From the human T2T-CHM13v2.0 reference genome, Homo sapiens, in the NCBI RefSeq assembly GCF_009914755.1, contig NC_060936.1: a stretch of 64,000 nt of DNA; one strand, written 5' to 3'. Within the stretch, counting starts at the first letter, position 1. Each line of letters opens with the position of its first letter. The notes beneath the pieces are model-generated. The model was not told the origin of the DNA and made no database searches. It saw nothing but the letters and a program-made list of their open reading frames with translations. This document shows, in pieces, positions 1 to 17,690 of the stretch. Both the position numbers and the translations under genes were made by a program.

Positions 1-522
1 ATCTTAACTCACTGCAACCTCTGCCTCTCAGGTTGAAGCGATTCTCCTGCCTCAGCTGGGAGTAGCTGGGATTACAGGCGTCCGCCACCACACCTGGCTA
101 ATTTATGTATTTTTACTAGAGACGGGTTTCACCATGTTGGCCAGGCTGGTCTCAAACTCCTGACGCCAACTGATCTGCCTGCCTCGGCCTTCCAAAGTGC
201 TAGGATTACAGGTGTGAGCCACCACACTTGGCCAATAGTTGGATTTTTAAACCCCTAAGGATAGATACCTCCCAACTTCTCTCAGTCCATTTCAGTAATG
301 TTTTTTGCTGTTGGAAAATGAAGTTATTGTTGTTTTTAACACCTAATATTTGCTATGCAATAGGCATTAGGTTAAATAGCTACTTCTTGTTCATAACAAA
401 GGTGTAAAGTAGTTCCTATTGTTGTCTCCTTATATATTAAGTTCAAAAACCAAAATATGAAAGTAAATGACTTTTTTCCAAGGTTGTTAGAAAGGGGCAG
501 AACCTCAGCTCAAACTGTCTAA

Positions 523-850
<328 letters not shown>

Positions 851-1391
851 CATAGTCTGTATTCTTAAGTACCAGTTTGAATTGCTCCCGTTATGAAAAT
901 ATTTGAATTTTTTTATTGGCGAGGCACTTACTAAACATTTTACATACATCATGTCTTTTAATTAAAGCATCTCCTTTTTTTCCTTCTCTTAAAATTTTTT
1001 TAAATAATCACTGGAAGGTAGTGATTATTTATTAGACTTCTGTTCTCTAGGCCATTTTTTAGACTTCTATTCTTTTTAACTTTTCCAAATGTTTTTTCAA
1101 ATAGTAAATAACTCTAAAAGCGAATAAGGATCTATTAATCATAATGTAGTTGAAAGGTTATTTGGGAGAGTTGCATATTCTTTGATATTTCTAAATCATA
1201 TATCCAGGAGTTCATACTGGAGTTTTTCAGGTCTACCCTGTATAACGCTCATTAACCATCCATTTCTCAGCTGCCCAACTCCTCCACGATTGTTTTTTCT
1301 GCTTCTGTGGTTTTTGTGTATTTGTATATGTACTACTGAAGTGGTCAGAAAAGGAAGTAGATTTTATTTCGCTTTATTTATTTATTTTTAG

Positions 1392-1464
1392 GGCAAGGCC
1401 TGGAGAATGTCTGTAGCGAAGACATCCGTGGACATTCTTAAGATACTATGTGACATTCAGAAAG
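1392..1464 (+). CDS. KNTC1: KNTC1 coding exon (GKAWRMSVAKTSVDILKILCDIQK)
   Basis: ttttag|GGC...AAAG|gtagct; 73 nt, phase 0->1. Confidence 0.9.
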
Positions 1465-2089
1465 GTAGCTTTTACTTCTGTTTTCTCATCTCAGTTTTGT
1501 TCCAAAGCTCACCCTCTTCAGAAAGAGGCATCGAAGACAACTCTCACCGTACCCGCAGTTTTTCTGGTTCTGATTGTCTTTATTGATCTTACCCATTTTG
1601 CTTCATGAAAAGTCTTCCTTTATTCCTTTATCAGCAATTCAAGAACAGATGCATGCAAAATCAACCTATCATTTGTTTATATGCTCACTTACTATTTAGT
1701 GCTAGACTAGATTTCCTTAGCGTCTCGCACTCATTGCTCATTTTTCTCATTTATCAGTTGCTTATGATGGTGGGGAGAAGCCATTTGACTGGAAGTTAAA
1801 TAAAACAGTGAAGAAAGTAACTTTCCAGGGAAAAAAAAGAAGCTACAATTTACTTCAGAAAAATAACTTTTTTGTAACACATAAACTTCTGTTTTCTACC
1901 TCCTGAAAGAATAATTAGATTTTTTTCAAATTAGATCTTTTGTACTTAGTTACTGTATATTATCATTTGAGAAGAACTACTGAAGACTTGAGATGAGAGA
2001 ACCAAAGCTAATTAAAATTTCTTCTTTTTAAAATTCTGATAATATGAGAATTTGCATGTCTGCTATAACTTTTAAAAATTTAATTACAG

Positions 2090-2157
2090 ACAATCTGCAG
2101 AAGAAGGACGAATGTGAAGAAATGTTGAAACTATTTAAAGAGGTTGCTAGCTTACAG
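2090..2157 (+). CDS. KNTC1: KNTC1 coding exon ([23 protein letters not shown])
   Basis: ttacag|AC...CAG|gtaaac; 68 nt. Confidence 0.93.
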
Positions 2158-2233
2158 GTAAACATATTGAGCCATGTTAAACATTATTACTTGACCAATC
2201 AGTGCATTTTTCCCTCCTTAAAGTTTTCTGTAT

Positions 2234-2547
<314 letters not shown>

Positions 2548-2684
2548 TTAGGGACTGGAGATACTGGTTTTCCTTCTCTCTCTCTCTCTCTCAACAGCTG
2601 TATTGAGATGTAATTTACATACCATATAATTCATCCACTTAAAATATACAATTCAATGATTTTTTTGTTATGTTGTGTTATTAA

Positions 2685-3280
<596 letters not shown>

Positions 3281-3924
3281 TGCATTATTAATTTTGTTAA
3301 AATACTTATAACAAAATGTTCCATGTTAACAGTTATTTAGTTTGTAATTCAGTGGTGTTAATTACATTCACAGTGTTGTGCAGCCATCACCTCTATCTAC
3401 TTTTTCATGACCCTGAGCAGAAACTCCGTAGCCATGAAAAAATAACTCCCCTTTCCTCTCTTCTCGCAGCCCCTGGTTATCTCTACTTTCTGTCGCTGTG
3501 AATTTGCTTATTCTAGCTATTTCATATAAGTGGAATCATACAATTAAGCATGTAAAGGAGTCCTATGACCCAAAAATTTGAGACCAGCTGTAAATAGCTT
3601 TCTCTGTGAAAACCATCTGGAGGCTGGGTACAGTGGTTCATGCCTGTAATCCCAACGCTTTGGGAGAATGAGGCTAGAGGATCACTTGAGCTCATGAGTT
3701 TGAGACTACCCTAGGCAACATAGTGAGACCTCGTCTCTACTAAAAATAACAAAAATTAGCTGGGCGTGGTGATGCGTGCCTGCAGTCCCAGCTACTTTGG
3801 AGGCTGTAGCAAGAAGATGGTGTGAGACTAGAAGGTGGAGGCTGCAGGAGCTGTGTTTATACCACTGCACTCCAGCCTGGGCAACAGAGTGAAACCCTGC
3901 CTTAAAATGAATGAATGGATGGAT

Positions 3925-4120
3925 GTAAACAACTGGGAACTACCTTGCTGAGGTGGGGAGGGGAGGAGGGCAAAGGTCGAAAAACTACGCATCAGGTACT
4001 ATGCTGGGTGATGGGATCAGTTGTACCTCAAGCCTCAGCATCACACAATATACCCAGGTGAGAAGCCCAGACATGTACCCCTGAATCTAAAATAAAAGTT
4101 GAAATTATGAAAAAAAAAAC
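3925..4120 (+). mobile_element. L1 3'-end fragment (L1PB/L1MA-like) with AATAAA and A-tail
   Basis: ggtactatgct...gggtgatgggatc...acatgtacccctgaatctaaaataaaagttg, typical of L1PB 3' termini. Confidence 0.75.
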
Positions 4121-4191
4121 TAATGAAAATGATTATTTTAAACAATAGATTAAACAGACTTGGGACTTTGTCTTGCTTACCTTTGCTACAG

Positions 4192-4472
4192 GAGAACTTT
4201 GAGGTCTTTCTTTCATTTGAAGATTATAGCAATAGTTCCCTGGTAGCAGATCTCCGTGAGCAGCACATTAAAGCTCACGAAGTTGCACAGGCGAAACACA
4301 AACCTGGGAGCACCCCAGAGCCCATAGCTGCTGAGGTGAGGAGCCCAAGCATGGAATCAAAGCTGCACAGACAGGCACTGGCCCTGCAGATGTCCAAACA
4401 AGAGCTGGAGGCAGAGCTGACCTTGAGAGCCTTAAAAGATGGGAACATCAAAACAGCACTGAAAAAATGCAG
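4192..4472 (+). CDS. KNTC1: KNTC1 coding exon (ENFEVFLSFEDY...IKTALKKC)
   Basis: ctacag|GAG...TGCAG|gtgaca; 281 nt; inside ORF 4123..4476. Confidence 0.95.
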
Positions 4473-4990
4473 GTGACATTCCAGATCCCTGAATTGCATA
4501 GCTTCTCTGAAATTGCGGCTGGGCACGGTAACTCATACCTGTAATCCCAGCAATTTAGGAGGCCGAGGCAGGCGGATCACAAGGTCAGGAGATCAAGACC
4601 ATCCTGGCTAACATGGTGAAACCCTGTCTCTACTAAAAATACAAAAAATTAGCCAGGCATGGTGGCATGTGCCTATAGTCCCAGCTACTGGGGAGGCTGA
4701 GGCAGGATCGTGGCGGGTTGCAGTGAGCCGAGATCACACCACTGCACTCCAGCCTGAGCTACAGAGCAAGACTCCGTCTCACAAAAAGAAAGAAAGTAAC
4801 AACTGCCTGATTTCTTCAGTCATAAGGGTAGGGCCAGTGACACTCTTTTTTCACAGAAGCAATTCTTGATTTCTCACCTTCAGAGCATATTTTGGGCCTC
4901 AGTGTCAGAAAGTAGTAGCATAAAAGGCAAGTAAGCAATACTGCAGAGTTAGGTAACATAACCATTAAATTTAGGTTACTGTGCACTTCA

Positions 4991-5392
<402 letters not shown>

Positions 5393-5764
5393 TCAGCCCA
5401 GGAGTTTGAGACCAGCCTGGGCAACATAGTGAGAGCTCATCTCTACAAAAAAAATTTAAAAATTAGCCAAGTGTGGTGGCACACACCTGTAGTCTCAGCT
5501 ACTTGGGAGGCTGAAGTGAGAAGATTGCTTGACCCTGGAGGTTGAGGCTGCAGTGAGCCATGATTGTGCCACTGCACTCCTGCCTAGGCGATAGGGCTAG
5601 AGCCTGTCTCAAAAAAACAAAAGAAAAACTACACTATATACCATGAGAACATTTAAAAGACATTTAATGTGTTGATGGTGGTGGTGATATATTAATCCAA
5701 GAAAGGCCATGCGTTCACTTTCAATGTGAGTATTCTAACTACCAATACTTTCTTTCTTCCAAAG

Positions 5765-5937
5765 CGACTTGTTTAAGTATCACTGCAATGCTGACACTGG
5801 GAAATTGCTATTTCTGACATGTCAGAAGCTTTGTCAGATGTTGGCTGATAATGTCCCAGTGACAGTGCCTGTGGGACTGAATCTTCCTTCCATGATACAT
5901 GATCTAGCAAGCCAAGCTGCCACCATTTGCAGTCCAG
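5765..5937 (+). CDS. KNTC1: KNTC1 coding exon (SDLFKYHCNADTGK...ATICSP)
   Basis: ccaaag|C...CCAG|gtgaca; 173 nt. Confidence 0.93.
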
Positions 5938-6379
5938 GTGACAATATTTATAATATACGTAGTTTTATATTCTCTGGTTCATGTCATACTTGTCTCCCAA
6001 ATGCTGTCTCTTTACAATTGGACATCACGGTAATCAGACTAGAGATAGTATCTGCATTTCACAAAGGGATGCTTATAATTGATTCTCTTTGAGGATTATT
6101 GTTTGAAAGTATTTCAAAATACTAACAATGTCATTTCTGACTGTTGACATTACTCACTTTTGTAGGATTATGAAATTCCTTGCCTCCCATATCTGATCTT
6201 ATTTTCAAGTCAAGCTTGAGAAAAAATTTAACTTTTTAGGGTAGTCAAAGCTATATGGAACCTTTCTATCTACATTGTGGCCTTCCTTAGAATTTTAAAT
6301 GGTAATTATTAAAAGGTTGTTTTCATTATCCTAAAGACATGAAATATGAGTTTAATGATTTTTCTCCATTTTGTTTCAG

Positions 6380-6477
6380 ATTTTTTACTAGATGCTTTAG
6401 AACTATGTAAACATACTTTAATGGCTGTAGAGCTTTCCAGACAATGCCAAATGGATGACTGTGGAATCCTCATGAAA
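6380..6477 (+). CDS. KNTC1: KNTC1 coding exon (DFLLDALELCKH...CGILMK)
   Basis: tttcag|AT...AAA|gtaagt; 98 nt. Confidence 0.93.
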
Positions 6478-7122
6478 GTAAGTTACTTTTGAGTTTTTTC
6501 CCTTAAATCCTGGGCAACGCATTATGCACCTTTTTTTTTTTTCGGACAGGGTTTTGTTCTGTCACCCAGGCTGGAGTGCAGTGGCATGATCAAGGCTTAC
6601 TGCAGTCTTGAACTGGGCTTAAGCAGTCCTCCCACCTCAGCCTTCTGAGTAGCTGGGACTACAAGTGTGTGCCACCACATCTGACTAATTAAAAAAAATT
6701 TTTTTTTTTGCAGAGACAGGGTCTCACCATCTTGTCTAGGCTGGTCTTCAATTCCTGGGCTCAAGTGATTCCCCCACCTCAGCCTCTCAAAGTGCTCGGA
6801 TTACAGGCATGAGCCACTGCACCTGGGCCGTTTTTTAATCATTTGCAAAGTTTATGAAAATACTGAATCCACCTCTTATGTTTTCTTACCCTAGACCGGA
6901 AAACAACGTAAGGGCATGAGGCCACTTCTCTGTTCCAGTCACTTGATTGGCTTTAATTTGCACTATCTTTCAAAACATTGGGCCTCCAGCAAGGCCTCCC
7001 TCGACATTGTCCTTCTGTTAGAGTTTAACTTAAAATGAAATTTCTATAAGCCATAGACCAGAAGAAACAATGTGTTGTGCAGCGTACTGAGTTCTCTCTT
7101 TTTTGTATGATTTGGCACCTAG

Positions 7123-7261
7123 GCTTCTTTTGGGACACATAAAGATCCATATGAAGAGTGGTCTTACAGTGACTTCTTCAGTGAAGATGGAATTGTTCTT
7201 GAGTCACAGATGGTGCTTCCAGTGATTTATGAACTGATTTCATCTCTTGTGCCTCTAGCTG
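7123..7261 (+). CDS. KNTC1: KNTC1 coding exon (ASFGTHKDPYEEW...SLVPLA)
   Basis: acctag|GCT...GCTG|gtaagt; 139 nt. Confidence 0.93.
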
Positions 7262-7409
7262 GTAAGTCTTATTTGTATCATTATTTTCTATGTGTTTCTG
7301 TCTTATGTAAATTTAAACTGTAGAGGTTTGGAGCTAGAACTACACACAGTAATGTGGGCGAACCTTATAAGCGTAATGTGGAGCTAAAGAAGCAGATACA
7401 AAAGAATAA

Positions 7410-7960
<551 letters not shown>

Positions 7961-8182
7961 TAAAGCATCAGTTCGCTTTAGAACTTTTTTTATAATAGTG
8001 AAATACTTACACATCTGTGAGAGTATGTGCTGTGTGAGGGTTATTTATTTATTTATTAGTTGTATGAATTTAAGGGGTCCAAGTGCTATTTTGTTACATG
8101 GATATATTGCATAGTGATGAAGTCTGGGCTTTTAGTGTGGCCATCTATTTAGTGTTGTTTAATGTTTTATTATCTTTTGTAG

Positions 8183-8239
8183 AAAGCAAGAGATATCCCT
8201 TGGAGTCTACCAGTTTGCCATACTGCTCCCTTAATGAAG
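8183..8239 (+). CDS. KNTC1: KNTC1 coding exon (ESKRYPLESTSLPYCSLNE)
   Basis: ttgtag|AA...GAAG|gtattt; 57 nt. Confidence 0.9.
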
Positions 8240-9192
8240 GTATTTGGCACAAGAAATATATAGCATTCTATTAATATTTATTTATTTATTTATTTATTTT
8301 ATTTATTTTTTTGAGACAGAGTCTTGCTCTGTTGCCCAGGCTGGAGTGAAATGGCATGATTGGAGCTCACTGCAACCTCTCCACCTCCCGGGCTCAAGCA
8401 GTTCTCCTGCCTTAGCCTCCCAAGTAGCTGGGATTACAGGCGTGTGCCACCACGCCGAGCTAGTTCTTTTGTATTTTTAGTAGAGACAGGATTTCACCAT
8501 GTTGGCCAGCCTGGTCTTGAACTCCTGACGTCAGGTGATCCACCCGCCTCAGCCTCCCAAAGTGCTGGGATTACAGGCGTGAGCCACCACGTCTGGCCTT
8601 AAGATTTCTTAATAGAAAGAAATGGTGGTGTGCTCCTGTAGTCCTGGTTACTTGGGAGGCTGAGGTGGGAGGATCTCTTGAGCCCAGGAGGTCAGGGCTG
8701 CAATGAGCTATGATGGCACTACTGTACTCCAGCCTGGGCAACAGAAGACCCTATCTCTAAAAAAACAAAAAATCGTAGTTCTAGAAATTTCTTGAAATTC
8801 TAAATATGAATGTGATTTAATATCCTTAATGTAATTGTTTAGTTATTATTTTTACATTGTTATTTGTTTAAAAGTTCAGTAGATTATGTGATTTGGCTTA
8901 TAGTGTTAACTTCTATGAATTTGTTTATAAATTTTTATCTTTCAAATGGAGAAATGGTTTTTCTTCAGCTAAAATAGGCAAGTTACAATCAAAGGATCTC
9001 ATTAACTAGTAGACTTAGTTATTTTCTGGTTTAAGTCAAGCCTCATGTTAACTTCTCATTAACTAACTGAGAACAAACTCCATGACTATTATCTGTATTG
9101 AAGAAGCAGGCTGTCCCTGAAAACAGTTTTCAATAATATGATCTTTCTTTGTTTAAAAAATCTAAATATTAAAATCCTTTATCACTCTGCAG

Positions 9193-9356
9193 GAGATGGC
9201 CTTGTTTTACCTGTTATAAATTCCATCTCTGCCCTGCTTCAGAATCTTCAGGAATCTAGCCAGTGGGAGCTAGCCCTAAGATTTGTGGTTGGTTCATTTG
9301 GTACCTGTCTTCAGCACTCTGTGTCAAACTTCATGAATGCCACTTTGAGTGAAAAG
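9193..9356 (+). CDS. KNTC1: KNTC1 coding exon (GDGLVLPVINS...ATLSEK)
   Basis: ctgcag|GA...AAG|gtatag; 164 nt. Confidence 0.93.
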
Positions 9357-10193
9357 GTATAGTGTCAAGAACAAATACTTTGACTTGGGGTGAATATAGA
9401 TGTAAAAGCGCTAACAGAGGAATTTGGAGTCCACGTTTTCCTATTGTCTTTGTAGCAAGGAAATTGGTAATTCGTCAGATTTAAGAACATTTGTTGAGCA
9501 TCTCTAAGAATCTGGTGTGGGAATAAGGTGCCTGCACACATTTTCATACTCATTCTTTGCAACAGCCCTGAGAGTTTCCAGTTTACAAATGTGGAAGCTC
9601 AGCTCAGATTCAGGGAGGTGGAATAAGTTAACCAAGGTTTTATATTGTAGTGGTAAGTCTTCACACTCTAAGCTTAGTGCAGTGTCCACTATACCACATT
9701 TGGTCAAAATATCTGCTGTTTGTTTTGTTATCACCTAAATGGCCAAATTATTATAATTATTTCTGAGAGTATCATTGAGCATCATTGAAGAGATTCTAGA
9801 AGACAAACTAACTGTTGATAACTCGCTTATGAAACTGGGCCTCAGAGGGAGTTGTCTTCATTTCTACTACTCTGTTGATATGTATTAAATGCTGACTCTT
9901 TTTTAATGAACTGTATTGAGGTATAACTTTCAAAATTAAAATGCACATTTTAAGTATATCAACCAATGTACTCACCTTGTCACCAACACCACAGTGAAGA
10001 CTTAGGGTATTTTTAATGCTTCCTCTTTGCTCCCTCCCAGTCAGTCCCCCACCCCTTTCTAGCACTATAGGTTAAATTCTGATACTTTTTGGATATAATG
10101 ATGAATTTTCACCAAAGTTCCTTAATATTTGAAAAAATTTTCAGAATGTTATATAGAACTAGACCTAAATATTTTTTTCTTCTTTTCTAAAAG

Positions 10194-10298
10194 TTATTTG
10201 GAGAGACTACATTAGTTAAATCAAGGCATGTTGTTATGGAATTGAAAGAAAAAGCTGTTATATTTATCAGGGAAAATGCTACAACACTACTGCACAAA
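10194..10298 (+). CDS. KNTC1: KNTC1 coding exon (LFGETTLVKSRH...TTLLHK)
   Basis: taaaag|TTA...AAA|gtaagt; 105 nt. Confidence 0.92.
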
Positions 10299-11223
10299 GT
10301 AAGTATTTGTTCTGGGTAAAAATTTTGTTTGTTTTTTTTTTGCCTTTTACCTCAGTTAATTGCATATGACTCAATAGTTTATGATTCAGTACAGTAGTAT
10401 TTTACTATTCAAAAACTTCAAGAAACTGTCTTATAGCTAATCAATTATATTTTTATTATGGTAATTGACATGCTATAGAGCTTTTATGAAATAGTAGTCA
10501 ATCTTGTCCACTGTCGTATCCTGATTTTGGTTACTTATATTTATATTTATTTATTTTTTAGAGATGAGGTTTTTCTCTGTCACCCAGGCTGGAGTGCAGT
10601 AGTATGATCATAGTTTGCTACAGCCTTGAACTTCTGGGTTCTAGTTATCCTCCTGCCTCAGCCTCCCAAGTCACTGAGATTATAGGCATGAGCAACTGTG
10701 CCCCACTCTGTAGTTATTTATTTTACAGATTAAAGCATTCCAATGATCCTTTCACTTATTTCTATTGCAGAAATCCTAATTTTCCATTACCCTTTATTTT
10801 TTAAAAGATTCTAATATTTTAAATATTAGATTTTTTATTAGATGTTTTTAAATATTAGAAATATTTAATGTTTCATCAACTGTATTTGGTGAAAATATAG
10901 TTGCATTAAGCATTTAATTTCATTTGTCAGATTACTTCTTTAAAAAAATTGTGTTTTTTTTTTTTTTTTGGAGACAGGGTCTCACTCTGTCACCTAGGCT
11001 ATAGTGCAGAGGCACCATCATAGCTTACTGCAGCCTTGAACTCATGGGCTCAAGCAACCCTCCTGCTGCTCAGCCTCCTGAGTATCTGGGGCTGCTGGTG
11101 TGCCACCATGCCTGGCCAATTTGTAAAAATTTTTTGTAGAGACAGGTCTCACTGTGTTGCCCAGGCTGGTCTTGGACTCTTGGCCTCGAGCAATCCTTCC
11201 ACCTTGGTCTCCTGAAATGCTGA

Positions 11224-11391
<168 letters not shown>

Positions 11392-12090
11392 TGAGTAGGT
11401 GGGACTACAGGTGCCCACCACCACGCCTGGCTAATTTTTGGTATTTTTAGTAGAGACCGGGTTTCACTGTGTTAGCCAGGATGGTCTTGATATCCTGACC
11501 CTTGTGATCCACCCTCCTCGGCCTCCCAAAGTGCTGGGATTATAGGCATGAACCACTGCACCTGGCCTAAAATTTTTTATTTGGAGATAATTTCAAAGTT
11601 TCAGGAAAATTTTAAGAATAGCACAAAGATCTTTGGTATACCGTTTACTGTTTCATCATTTTCTGGCATGCTCTTTCTCTATTTTTCTATTTATATATAA
11701 AATCATTTCATATTTTGTATATATTTTTTGTATTTAGGATTTAGTTACATACATTATAGCTCTTTACCCCTAAATATTTCAGTGCCCTATAGAACTTGTA
11801 GTTGCTTTCCTTACTCTTCAGATAGTGATAAAGGACATTAAACCTAAGCAAACACATTAGAACTATGTTACTATAACTTTTCATGAAACACTTCTTCTGT
11901 AGTGTCTATAATTCAATTTAGTGGTAAATAAACCTTGAGACACTGAATTCTGTTTTTTTTTCTTTAAAAAGTTTTTTTTAAGTATAAATTAAAATTATTC
12001 CTCTTTATTTGTATTTCTGCCCTTTGTGAACAAAGTTAATTCTGTTTTGATTGTGAAGAATTTGCTTCTTTTGCTGGTTTCTTCCTGTAG

Positions 12091-12219
12091 GTATTTAATT
12101 GTCGCTTGGTAGATCTTGACCTGGCGTTGGGTTACTGCACTCTCTTACCTCAAAAAGATGTGTTTGAAAATCTCTGGAAGCTCATAGATAAAGCATGGCA
12201 GAATTACGACAAAATCTTG
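12091..12219 (+). CDS. KNTC1: KNTC1 coding exon (VFNCRLVDLDLALGY...NYDKIL)
   Basis: ctgtag|GTA...TTG|gtatgt; 129 nt. Confidence 0.93.
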
Positions 12220-12820
12220 GTATGTCCTAAGGAAGCACACCTTCAATTCTTGAAGTATTCAAGATTGGGGGGGAGAAATGAAGTTGGTTTTGCCACCTGT
12301 TCTTAAAGATTTAGTAGAAGAAATGTTGAGCTAACTCGTGATTTCTACCAGCTTCTGCTTGACTGGTGACATACTGTTGCCTGTATATGCAAGTTATGAG
12401 CATTGTTCAACCCAAAGAATTACAGTTTTTTAATTTCTTAAAATCTGTGTACACCCTTAGAACCTCAAATCTTATTTTGGTGTAGTTGAAACCCTAGACC
12501 CATGAATCAGTTTGTTTTTGTAGGATAAGTTTAACAGATAGAAAATTTCTCTTGGATATTGTGTTAAGGGATTTTCTTGCAAGATAACTAAAATTTGGCC
12601 TTTTATTATAAAGGAAAGCCAGGCTAAATGTATAGCATTATACGAAAACCTGAATTACCTAAATATTACGTAAGAAGTAACGACTGTGTACAAAATAATA
12701 TGTAACATTCTACACGGTTGATCACAAAGTTATGATTTTTATTGTTGCGTTTCGTCTAAAAGGTGTTATAAGAATACATTCTACTTACGATTGAACTTTA
12801 ATTCTCTTTTAATTTTTTAG

Positions 12821-12937
12821 GCAATATCTCTGGTGGGCTCTGAGCTGGCAAGTCTCTATCAGGAAATAGAAATGGGGCTTAAGTTCCGTGAACTCAGTAC
12901 TGATGCCCAGTGGGGCATTCGTCTTGGTAAACTTGGT
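12821..12937 (+). CDS. KNTC1: KNTC1 coding exon (AISLVGSELAS...IRLGKLG)
   Basis: ttttag|GCA...GGT|gtgagt; 117 nt. Confidence 0.93.
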
Positions 12938-13325
12938 GTGAGTATTCTTTGTACTGCTGTCATCGATTCTGTTAATTACCCGGTTGGAAAATTTAAAACA
13001 AAGATTCTGTTGTTCTTTACTTTTGGGAGGAGAGTGTATGTGTACTGCCTCATACATTTTATTAACTACACACATAGGTGCTTTCAAAGAAATAAGGAAC
13101 TTTTTGCCTCATTTCCTTTTTTCTGTATTTTTAAGGAAATTAAAAGGGGCCTGACATTTTCAGCTGCTTAACTTTCTCATTTATAGGTATATATCTAGTA
13201 TCAATTGACATTTATGCTATTTCAGGCCTAGCCTTTAGCCTCATACTTTTGTTTTCTGCTGCTGTTATTTAAAGATAATATTAAAATGTATATACAGCTA
13301 TATACCATGCTTCAAGAACTCCTAG

Positions 13326-15027
<1,702 letters not shown>

Positions 15028-15759
15028 TGAGCTACCGCGCCCAGCCTTGAGCTTTATTTTTGACATTGTAAAAGAACAGACAAGCAGGCAGGGCGCAATC
15101 TTGTCTTTGACAGGATCTCATTCTGTCACCCAGGCTGGAGTGCAGTGGCATTATCATGGCTCACTGCAGCCTTGACCTCTAGGGCCTAAGTGATCCTCCC
15201 AGCTTAGCCTCCTGAGTAGCTGGGACTACAGGCATGCACCACCATGCCCAGCTAATTGTTTTGTATTTTTTTGTAGAGACAAGGTTTCCATGTTGGCCAA
15301 GCTGGTCTCAAACTCCTGACCTCAAGTGATCCACCCGCCTCAGCCTCCCACAGTGCTGGGATTATAGGCATGAGCCAAAACCCTGTTTTCTTTACCAAAA
15401 ATATAAGACATTTTATTTGCCAACAGTTGACTTATCAGAAAGGTAATCAGTACAGAAATGCTATATGTTTTGAAGCTTAATTCTTCTGCAGTAATGGAAC
15501 TGGTGTTCTGTTGACATTAACAATCAAACTTTTCAGATGAAGAGGCAATGGTTAGGATGACTAAGAGGAGTTTCGGACCCATGTACACCTCAAATCTCAG
15601 AATGATGGCTGGGTTGGGTAGTGTGAGGTTGGAGGAGCTATAGACAAATGTTTCTTTTTGAAAAAGGATACTAAGAAGGCAAGTCATGATGTTGCCCTTA
15701 CTCTGATACATTTCAGTGTAGAGGGTTTTTTTGCTTTGTTTTTTTCTTTTTATTTCTAG

Positions 15760-15869
15760 ATTTCTTTTCAACCAGTTTTCAGGCAACATTTTCTCACCAA
15801 GAAAGACCTCATTAAAGCTCTTGTGGAGAATATAGATATGGACACAAGCCTCATTTTGGAATATTGCAG
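15760..15869 (+). CDS. KNTC1: KNTC1 coding exon (ISFQPVFRQHF...LILEYC)
   Basis: ttctag|ATT...TGCAG|gtaatt; 110 nt. Confidence 0.93.
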
Positions 15870-16057
15870 GTAATTCTTTAAACATTAACGGTATTTTTGC
15901 TGTTAACAAACTGGTAATTCTTTTGCAAGAACACAGTAATAACGATGATTATTTTAGGAGGTCCATAGACCGCTATTTTCTTTTGCTCATTCCCAAACTG
16001 AGTAAATATGAAATCAGATTAGAGTCTCTTATGATACCACCATTTAAATTCACCATT

Positions 16058-16233
16058 TAGTGTTTCCCAAACTTGTCTCCTGATAAGCACTGCTTAGGGC
16101 ACTTGATTTCAAATGCAGGTTTCTGGGCCTCTCTGGCAGTTCTGACTCAGTGGGTCTGGACCAAGGCCTAGAAATCGCTGGTCTCTAATAGGAGCTCAGG
16201 TGATTCCTATGATCAGAAAAGTTGGAGAATATT
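16058..16233. mobile_element. MER5-type hAT-Charlie MITE
   Basis: tagtgtttcccaaactt...tctgactcagtgggtctgg...caggtgattc...aagttggagaat; terminal inverted similarity. Confidence 0.65.
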
Positions 16234-17555
16234 CTTCTGAGTAATAAACTTCTAAATCAGGTTAACTAGGGAGCAAAGTAATCTTAAAAATTAATGAAAA
16301 GTATGATTTAGGGAGAATTTCTAATTTCCTATTAAAAATGTTTATAAAAGAATTTTTATTTTTATTTAACTTCTTTCTTTATTTGAGACGGAGTCTCCCT
16401 CTGTCACCCAGGCTGGAGTGCAGTGGCGTAATCTCAGCTCACCGCAGCCTCCACCTTCAAGCCATTCTCTGGCCTCAACCTCCCAAGTAGCTGGAATTAC
16501 AGGCATGCACCACCACGCCTGGCTAATTTTTATATTTTTAATAGAGATGGGGTTTCACCATGTTGGCCAGGCTGGTCCCGAACTCCTGACCTCAAGTGAT
16601 TCACCCGCCTCGGCCTCCCAAAGTACTGGGATTATAGGCGTGAGCCACTGCGCCTGAACAAGAATTTTTAGAACTAAGATAAAATGTGTTATTTATAGAT
16701 TCAGCTGACTTTGATAAGTAGGGATAAATGATTTGTAATTTATATCTCAGATGTTTCTGTCTAGTAAATACAAGGACTCGTTTTCTGGTTTCAGAATGCT
16801 TTCAGATCTGTCACCTCATTTAATTTTTATAGTTCTTATTGCATATGTTGCCAGTTGATATATGAGAAAACAACATAGTATGTGACCTGCTCAAGGTCAA
16901 ATTATTAATGACTGCTTCTAAAATATTATGGGTGCTATAACCTCCATCTGATTTGTAACAGATTAATGGAATCTGAGTTATTGAGAATGAAACTGCTTGG
17001 TGCATTTCCTGCACTGGGCAGGCATCTAGTTCTTTGTCTCTGTGGATAGTGGGGAAAGACCGTGGCTGTCACCATCTAGTACCTGTAAGTCAAGGACTAT
17101 AGGCTGCGCATAGCTCGAAGGAGCACTGACTTAAAAGAGTAGTTTGAAATAACAAAACTATGTCATTCTTCAGTTTAGAGTGTTATAAATCCAGAATAGG
17201 GTATGCACACTCTTATCTTTTTTATTAATTTGAACTACTGCTAGATTCTTCTGTGATGTTTTATGGTGCAGGACACTTTTTTGAAATTTAAATAGCTATA
17301 ATGTCAAGTTCATTTCATAATTATTCTACTTACGTGGCATTGATGATTTGTATTCATATGATAGTGACACTTCTGCCTCAGGCAGTGTATCTGAATAAAT
17401 TTAGATAAACTTTAGAATATCAGAGAGTGACTTGAAAATGGTGGTACTTAAGCCTTTTATTGATATTTTAGTTATGCTGTATAGCAAATTAAACTATCAC
17501 TGTGTTATTAATAGGGTCTAAAAAGGCATTTCAGTTGTCATTTTGTCTATAGTAA

Positions 17556-17690
<135 letters not shown>

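Noticed and set aside
10098-10104. Box C motif ATGATGA (also at 42358-42364) suggesting an intronic C/D snoRNA
   Set aside because: No CTGA box D or terminal stem within the following ~100 nt.
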